Below, piece by piece: positions 55,701 to 64,000 of a stretch of 64,000 bases of DNA. Both the position numbers and the translations under genes were made by a program. The DNA lies in contig OZ024742.1 in NCBI GenBank assembly GCA_964016885.1, forward strand, positions 283,712,001-283,776,000, written 5' to 3'. Source of the DNA: Eledone cirrhosa (lineage: Eukaryota). Below the pieces are notes generated by a model. The model did not search any database and was not told the DNA's origin. It saw only the letters and a list, made by a program, of their open reading frames with translations. Numbering within the stretch: position 1 is the first letter of the stretch; each line of letters begins with the position of its first letter.

Positions 55701-58700
55701 TTACTGGTGGTGTGGTTGTATATGGTGTAATGTAAGCCATCAGTTGGTGGTGGTGTGGTTGTATATGGTGTAATGTAAGCCATCAGTTAGTGGTGGTGTG
55801 GTTGTATATGGTGTGTAATGTAAGCCATCAGTTGGTGGTGGTGTGGTTGTATATGGTGTGTAATGTAAGCCATCAGTTAGTGGTGGTGTGGTTGTATATG
55901 GTGTGTAATGTAAGCCATCAGTTGGTGGTGGTGTGGTTGTATATGGTGTAATGTAAGCCATCAGTTAGTGGTGGTGGGGTTGTATATGGTGTAATGTAAG
56001 CCATCAGTTAGTGGTGGTGTGGTTGTATATGGTGTGTAATGTAAGCCATCAGTTGGTGGTGGTGTGACTGTATATGGTGTAATGTAAGCCATCAGTTGGT
56101 GGTGGTGTGACTGTATATGGTGTAATGTAAGCCATCAGTTAGTGGTGGTGTGGTTGTATATGGTGTGTAATATAAGCCATCAGTTAGTGGTTGTGTGGTT
56201 GAATATGGTGTAATGTAAGCCATCAGTTAGTGGTGGTGTGGGTGTATATGGTGTGTAATGTAAGCCATCAGTTAGTGGTGGTGTGACTATATATGGTGTG
56301 TAATGTAAGCCATCAATTAGTGGTGGTGTGGTTGTATATGGTGTAATGTAAGCCATCAGTTAGTGGTGGTGTGACTGTATATGGTGTGTAATGTAAGCCA
56401 TCAGTTAGTGGTGGTGTGGTTGTATATGGTGTAATATAAGCCATCAGTTGGTGGTGGTGTGACTATATGGTGTAATGTAAGCCATCAGTTGGTGCTGGTG
56501 TGACTGTATATGGTGTAATGTAAGCCATCAGTTAGTAGTGGTGTGGTTGTATATGGTGTGTAATGTAAGCCATCAGTTGGTGGTGGTGTGGTTGTATATG
56601 GTGTGTAATGTAAGCCATCAGTTGGTGGTGGTGTGACTGTATATGGTGTGTAATGTAAGCCATCAGTTGGTGGTGGTGTGGTTGTATATGGTGTAATGTA
56701 AGCCATCAGTTAGTGGTGGTGTGGTTGTATATGGTGTGTAATGTAAGCCATCAGTTGGTGGTGGTGTGGTTGTATATGGTGTAATGTAAGCCATCAGTTG
56801 GTGGTGGTGTGGTTGTATATGGTGTGTAATGTAAGCCATCAGTTGGTGGTGGTGTGGTTGTATATGGTGTAATGTAAGCCATCAGTTAGTGGTGGTGTGG
56901 TTGTATATGGTGTGTAATGTAAGCCATCAGTTAGTGGTGGTGTGGTTGTATATGGTGTAATATAAGCCATCAGTTAGTGGTGGTGTGGTTGTGTATGGTG
57001 TAATGTAAGCCATCAGTTAGTGGTGGTGTGGTTGTATATGGTGTGTAATGTAAGCCATCAGTTGGTGGTGGTGTGGTTGTATATGGTGTGTAATGTAAGC
57101 CATCAGTTAGTGGTGGTGTGGTTGTGTATGGTGTAATGTAAGCCATCAGTTAGTGGTGTGGTTGTATATGGTGTAATATAAGCCATCAGTTAGTGGTGGT
57201 GTGGTCGTATATGGTGTGTAATGTAAGCCATCAGTTAGTGGTGGTGTGGTTGTGTATGGTGTAATGTAAGCCATCAGTTAGTGGTGATGTGACTATATGG
57301 TGTAATGTAAGCCATCAGTTAGTGATGGTGTGTAATGTAAGCCATCAGTTAGTGGTGGTGTGGTTGTATATAGTGTAATATAAGCCATCAGTTAGTGGTG
57401 GTGTGATTATATATGGTGTGTAATGTAAGCCATCAGTTGGTGATGGTGTGACTGTATATGGTGTAATGTAAGCCATCAGTTAGTGGTGGCGTGGTTGTAT
57501 ATGGTGTGTAATGTAAGCCATCAGTTAGTGGTGGTGTGTAATGTAAGCCATCAGTTGGTGGTGGTGTGGTCGTATATGGTGTGTAATGTAAGCCATCAGT
57601 TGGTAGTGGTGTGGTTGTATATGGTGTGTAATGTAAGCCATCAGTTGGTGGGGGTGTGACTGTATATGGTGTGTAATGTAAGCCATCAGTTGGTGGTGGT
57701 GTGACTGTATATGGTGTGTAATGTAAGTGATCAGTTAGTGGTGGTGTGGTTGTATATGGTGTGTAATGTAAGCCATCATTTAGTGGTGGTGTGGTTGTAT
57801 ATGGTGTAATGTAAGCCATCAGTTAGTGGTGGTGTGACTGTATATGGTGTAATGTAAGCCATCAGTTAGTGGTGGTGTGGTTGTATATGGTGTAATATAA
57901 GCCATCAGTTGGTGGTGGTGTGCCTATATGTTGTAATGTAAGCCATCAGTTGGTGCTGGTGTGACTGTATATGGTGTAATGTAAGCCATCAGTTAGTAGT
58001 GGTGTGGTTGTATATGGTGTGTAATGTAAGCCATCAGTTGGTGGTGGTGTGGTTGTATATGGTGTGTAATGTAAGCCATCAGTTGGTGGTGGTGTGGTTG
58101 TATATGGTGTAATGTAAGCCATCAGTTAGTGGTGGTGTGGTTGTATATGGTGTGTAATGTAAGCTATCAGTTAGTGGTGGTGTGACTGTATATGGTGTAA
58201 TGTAAGCCATCAGTTAGTGGTGGTGTCGTTGTATATGGTGTAATATAAGCCATCAGTTAGTGGTGGTGTGGTTGTGTATGGTGTAATGTAAGCCATCAGT
58301 TAGTGGTGGTGTGGTTGTATATGGTGTGTAATGTAAGCCATCAGTTGGTGGTGGTGTGGTTGTATATGGTGTGTAATGTAAGCCATCAGTTAGTGGTGGT
58401 GTGGTTGTATATGGTGTAATGTAAGCCATCAGTTAGTGGTGTGGTTGTATATGGTGTAATATAAGCCATCAGTTAGTGGTGGTGTGGTCGTATATGGTGT
58501 GTAATGTAAGCCATCAGTTAGTGGTGGTGTGGTTGTGTATGGTGTAATGTAAGCCATCAGTTAGTGGTGATGTGACTATATGGTGTAATGTAAGCCATCA
58601 GTTAGTGATGGTGTGTAATGTAAGCCATCAGTGAGTGGTGGTGTGGTTGTACATAGTGTAATATAAGCCATCAGTTAGTGGTGGTGTGATTATATATGGT

Positions 58701-61225
58701 GTGTAATGTAAGCCATCAGTTGGTGATGGTGTGACTGTATATGGTGTAATGTAAGCCATCAGTTAGTGGTGGCGTGGTTGTATATGGTGTGTAATGTAAG
58801 CCATCAGTTAGTGGTGGTGTGTAATGTAAGCCATCAGTTGGTGGTGGTGTGGTCGTATATGGTGTGTAATGTAAGCCATCAGTTGGTAGTGGTGTGGTTG
58901 TATATGGTGTGTAATGTAAGCCATCAGTTGGTGGGGGTGTGACTGTATATGGTGTGTAATGTAAGCCATCAGTTGGTGGTGGTGTGTAATGTAAGCGATC
59001 AGTTAGTGGTGGTGTGGTTGTATATGGTGTGTAATGTAAGCCATCAGTTGGTGGTGGTGTGACTGTATATGGTGTAATATAAGCCATCAGTTAGTGGTGG
59101 TGTGGTTGTGTATGGTGTAATGTAAGCCATCAGTTAGTGGTGGTGTGGTTGTATATGGTGTGTAATGTAAGCCATCAGTTGGTGGTGGTGTGACTGTATA
59201 TGGTGTAATGTAAGCCATCAGTTGGTAGTGGTGTGACTGTATATGGTGTAATGTAAGCCATCAGTTGGTGGTGGTGTGGTTGTGTATGGTGTAATGTAAG
59301 CCATCAGTTAGTGGTGGTGTGGTTGTATATGGTGTGTAATGTAAGCCATCAGTTAGTGGTGGTGTGACTGTATATGGTGTAATATAAGCCATCAGTTAGT
59401 GGTGGTGTGGTTGTGTATGGTGTAATGTAAGCCATCAGTTAGTGGTGGTGTGGTTGTATATGGTGTGTAATGTAAGCCATCAGTTGGTGGTGGTGTGACT
59501 GTATATGGTGTAATGTAAGCCATCAGTTGGTGGTGGTGTGACTGTATATGGTGTAATGTAAGCCATCAGTTAGTGGTGGTGTGGTTGTATATGATGTAAT
59601 GTAAGCCATCAGTTAGTAGTGGTGTGCTTGTATATGGTGTAATATAAGCCATCAGTTAGTGGTGGTGTGACTGTATATGGTGTAATATAAGCCATCAGTT
59701 AGTGGTGGTGTGACTGTATGGTGTAATGTAAGCCATCAGTTAGTGGTGGTGTGGTTGTATATGGTGTAATGTAAACCATCAGTTAGTGGTGGTGTGGTTG
59801 TATATGGTGTGTAATGTAAGCCATCAGTTAGTGGTGGTGTGGTTGTGTATGGTGTAATGTAAGCCATCAGTTAGTGGTGATGTGTAATGTAAGCCATCAG
59901 TTAGTGGTGGTGTGGTTGTATATAGTGTAATATAAGCCATCAGTTAGTGGTGGTGTGATTATATATGGTGTGTAATGTAAGCCATCAGTTGGTGGTGGTG
60001 TGACTGTATATGGTGTAATGTAAGCCATCAGTTAGTGGTGGCGTGGTTGTATATGGTGTGTAATGTAAGCCATCAGTTAGTGGTGGTGTGACTGTATATG
60101 GTGTGTAATGTAAGCCATCAGTTGGTGGTGGTGTGGTCCTATATGGTGTGTAATGTAAGCCATCAGTTGGTAGTGGTGTGGTTGTATATGGTGTGTAATG
60201 TAAGCCATCAGTTGGTGGTGGTGTGACTGTATATGGTGTGTAATGTAAGCCATCAGTTAGTGGGGGTGTGACTGTATATGGTGTAATGTAAGCCATCAGT
60301 GGTGGTGTGGTTGTATATGGTGTAATGTAAGCCATCAGTTAGTGGTGGTGTGGTTGTATATGGTGTAATATAAGCCATCAGTTAGTGGTGGTGTGACTGT
60401 ATATGGTGTAATGTAAGCCATCAGTTAGTGGTGGTGTGCTGGTATATGGTGTAATGTAAGCCATCAGTTAGTGGTGGTGTGACTGTATATGGTGTAATAT
60501 AAGCCATCAGTTGGTGGTGGTGTGACTGTATATGGTGTAATATAAGCCATCAGTTAGTGGTGGTGTGGTTGTATATGGTGTAATATAAGCCATCAGTTAG
60601 TGGTGGTGTGACTGTATATGGTGTAATGTAAGCCATCAGTTAGTGGTGGTGTGGTTGTATATGGTGTAATGTAAGCCATCAGTTAGTGGTGGTGTGGTTG
60701 TATATGGTGTAATATAAGCCATCAGTTAGTGGTGGTGTGACTGTATATGGTGTAATGTAAGCCATCAGTTAGTGGTGGTGTGGTTGTATATGGTGTAATG
60801 TAAGCCATCAGTTAGTGGTGGTGTGACTATATGGTGTAATATAAGCCATCAGTTAGTGGTGGTGTGGTTGTTTATGGTGTAATATAAGCCATCAGTTAGT
60901 GGTGGTGTGGTTGTTTATGGTGTAATATAAGCCATGTTAGTGGTTGTGTGACTGTATATGGTGTAATATAAGCCATCAGTTTGTGGTGGTGTGGTTGTTT
61001 ATGGTGTAATGTAAGCCATCAGTTAGTGGTGGTGTGGTTGTTTATGGTGTAATGTAAGCCATCAGTTAGTGGTAGTGTGGTTGTTTATGGTGTAATATAA
61101 GCCATCAGTTAGTGGTGGTGTGGTTGTTTATGGTGTAATATAAGCCATCATTTAGTGGTGGTGTGGTTGTATATGGTGTAATATAAGCCAATAGTTAGTG
61201 GTGGTGTGACTACATGGTGTAATGT
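49785..61225. repeat. 43/45-bp GT-rich minisatellite, about 11.4 kb (roughly 260 units) with higher-order repeats
   Basis: Unit aatgtaagccatcagtt(a/g)gtggtggtgtggttgtatatggtgt(gt). Confidence 0.98.
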
Positions 61226-61311
61226 ATATATAGGTGGTATAAATTAACAAACTCATTTTCTGATATTTTCTGCTGAATCACTACAGGATAAGTTATTTTG
61301 TTTTTTTTTAG

Positions 61312-61411
61312 GGCCTCAGTTCTTGCCGGAGAGGATGTCGTTTGTTTTATTTATGCAAGTTCAGCCATAACTTCCAGCGACTCAATGATACAAACATGGA
61401 ATGCTTCAATG
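61312..61411 (+). CDS. TMEM59: TMEM59-like protein, coding exon 2
   Basis: tttttttttag acceptor; GLSSCRRGCRLFYLCKFSHNFQRLNDTNMECFN; donor GTGAGT, phase 1. Compare TMEM59 LYACQRGCRLFSICQF...LNRTKLECES. Confidence 0.9.
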
Positions 61412-62519
61412 GTGAGTTACTTATTCTGATACCACCTATCACAGAATATATCCATCAACTATCATGAACTAGTGAAGGCATGTAGCCTATTGGTTAGAGT
61501 GTTGAACATATGATCATAATGTGGGTTCAATTATGGGAGGCTCATTGTGTTCTTGAGCAAGATGCTTCATTTCATGTTGCTTCAGTGTACCCAGTTGAAA
61601 AAAAAAATAGTATTGGCAGCAGCTGTTGTTTAATTCCTGCAATAAATTGGCATGTAGTTCTGAAAGAAACCTTTTCATGATAGGACAGGTCCCTGCCATT
61701 AAAACACCCAACAAACTGTCTGAGATGCAACCTCAAAGGAGACTAACTAAACCTACATATGTATTAGCTGTAACAAAATTTCATTACTCCACAATATCAT
61801 TTTTTTTCTATATCTTCATTAAAATCCTTTTGATACCCAACTACATGAAACTGCCTCGGTTTTTATGATATAAAACTTTATTTTCAAATGTTTATTTTTA
61901 TCTAAAAACCTTATTAATTTTATGTAAGAAACTTTGTTCCGAACACCAGCTTAATAATGAGAAAATTATTTTATTAAATCCCTCCAAATTGTTGATTATT
62001 TTCTAAATTATTTGAAAATCATAGGCAGTGATTTGCATTATAAATATGGTATGAGTGTTGTGTTTCATGCACCAACATAATGAGAAACTTTACAAAAGGT
62101 TCTTATTAATAATTTCCTTCAAATTCCTGATTATTTTCAAAATTATTTGAATCTACCGTATCAATTCTCATATTTTAACCCATTTGTGCTGTGTTTCTAA
62201 TAAAATACACTCTATTTCAGTTAATGAAACATTTTGAGGGATTTACTAAAATTATTTCATTACTAAGATAGTAACTTGACATGGATTCTTATATAAAATG
62301 ATTTTAATTTAATAAAAACTCTTTAAGCTGAGTGGTTTTGTTTCATAAAACTAGAGCTGGTTTTGGCAGGGTTGGTATCAAAACGATTAACCTGCTTCTA
62401 TCTCAGTCACTATCAATTATTCTCTGCTGTAGCCTTTATTAATTAAACACAGCTTATTTCTCTTAGGGCATTTTTCTGGAGCCTCTGTGATTAAACACCA
62501 TAGAAACTGTCCACAAGAT

Positions 62520-63200
62520 ACAACCATGTAGAAAGCTAGCTCAACTAGCATAGGTATAAGATGTAAATTTCATTTAATTTCTGTAAACAGAAAAGAAGCA
62601 AAATGGCCAGTGTACAGAATGAGATCTCTCAGATGTGCAACAGATGCAGCAAGGGTAGCGACAAACATACCAGCCTGGTGGAATTCCAGAGAGTTCTCAC
62701 CTAGAACGGCTACCCTACTTCTCTCACTAAACTAAACACTGAAATACCAAGACAACAACACTTAAAAGAACAGGGAGGACACATGCCCCTAGAGGTAACA
62801 TTTGTTACTTAGAGCTGCTGCTTTTCAATGAGAAGATGATTGCTGCCATCTGGCAGGAGGGCCTGCATATACAGCTGGCACACTTGGGACCTTCATTGAG
62901 AAGACTACTCTATAGATACTGACATGCACACAACGGTATGTGCACACTTCCTAATTGTCCCATCAATAACACAGAAGTGTGCATGGGAGTGTTGGATCTA
63001 TAAGGTCACATGCAAAAAATGTAGCTCTTCGTACATCAGAAGTACCACTTGGATGTTACACATAAGAGCTTCTATCAAAAACCATCTTGAGACATTGAGG
63101 TCACCATAGAGGTGACAGAAAGGTATGTGGGAAATTTAAGAATCAAAGAGGCCATTAACAGAAGAAAAAGTCTCAGATAAATGATAGACTTGAAATGCAC
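62520..63200 (+). pseudogene. Degraded Penelope-type GIY-YIG fragment in intron 2
   Basis: WIYKVTCKKCSSSYIRSTTWMLHIR..KNHL resembles VVY-x-C-x2-C-x3-YIG-x-T-R. Boundaries approximate. Confidence 0.6.
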
Positions 63201-63591
63201 AAAGTGAACTGGCTAGAATAACAGCTTCATACATGCATATTCCAGACACAACACATCACTTGTTCGTCTTTGTTTTGAACTGTTTTTGTTTCACATTTGA
63301 AAAGAGTGTAATAGCCCTGAAATATACTGGGTAGAACATTACTTTGTTTTGTTTTATTTGTCATTTTTTGCCTTTTATATATTTCTACCAAATTGTACTG
63401 GCTTTCTGAAACTTATCAGTCATTTATTTAATTATTTATTTTATTATTTGATCAGAGAAGGATAGTGTCCATGACACTTGCTAACACCAACCACTTAATG
63501 TACTGGATGCATTTTATCAGGAGACTAGCACTACTACTTTATAGAATGTATTGGATGTATTTATTTTTTTAAAAAAATTATACTATTTCAG

Positions 63592-63689
63592 TGTGCCATG
63601 AAGCATATGGTAACACAACAGCTGAAGAATCTGCATGTCGACATGGTTGCAGCACTGCACTTCCTGTGGCAGAACAGCGGGAGAGGGAG
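63592..63689 (+). CDS. TMEM59: TMEM59-like protein, coding exon 3 (gene continues beyond the window)
   Basis: tttcag acceptor; (V)CHEAYGNTTAEESACRHGCSTALPVAEQRERE; donor GTAAAT, phase 0. Compare TMEM59 ACTEAYSQSDEQYACHLGCQNQLPFAELRQEQ. Confidence 0.9.
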
Positions 63690-64000
63690 GTAAATGATGT
63701 TTTTATCATTTTCTCAACACAGATCTTATCTCTGTTATAATTAGCTGTGTCTAGCCCATCTCTTTGTATATTTATAACTACATTATCCATTATGTCCTTC
63801 CCTTTTTTAACACGAGAGTGTGATTTAACTCTTTTGATACCAAAAATACCCTGGATTTATTATATAAAACTACGCTTTTTAAATGTTTGTACTTATCTTA
63901 AAACCTCCTCTCATAATTTTATTTAAGAAATTTTTAAGAAGTAATGTTTTAAATATGAATTTACTAGTGAAAAAATGAATTATTTCATTAAATTCCTCCA

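Noticed and set aside
50256-60335. Mucin-like PYTTTPPPTDGLHYT repeat ORFs
   Set aside because: 43-bp and 45-bp units alternate and break the frame constantly, so the array is non-coding.
49785-61225. CRISPR-like array or hammerhead array
   Set aside because: No unique spacers, eukaryotic context, and the reverse strand has CTGATGG rather than CTGANGA with no GAAA partner.
63285-63340. Possible decayed hammerhead after the intron-2 Penelope fragment
   Set aside because: The core reads TTGAAAA and the stems do not pair convincingly.
63578-63790. Minus-strand 70-aa ORF
   Set aside because: It is the antisense shadow of TMEM59-like exon 3.

Overview
AT-rich, repeat-dense animal genomic DNA. 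The SINE, LINE and microsatellite content resembles an octopus or other cephalopod; this is an inference. One host gene is visible: a TMEM59-like gene on the + strand with three coding exons (7921-8061, 61312-61411, 63592-63689), so its first intron is about 53 kb and includes a 200-N gap. Upstream of it lies a nest of Penelope-like retroelements in inverted arrangement. That nest carries eight complete or near-complete minimal type I hammerhead ribozyme motifs from four sequence families, and a ninth motif sits in the intron. The intron also holds a CR1-group LINE with an open ORF2 and an in-phase -1 slippery site, and a near full-length RTE LINE with a PHD-like finger whose 5' end is a tandem array of ~655-bp monomers. 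A second, truncated RTE copy faces it head-to-head. The rest of the intron contains an 11.4-kb 43/45-bp minisatellite with higher-order structure, many SINEs and MITEs, (TA)n fields and several strong hairpins. Most ORFs in the track are microsatellite or antisense artefacts. All identifications were made by eye and no searches were run.
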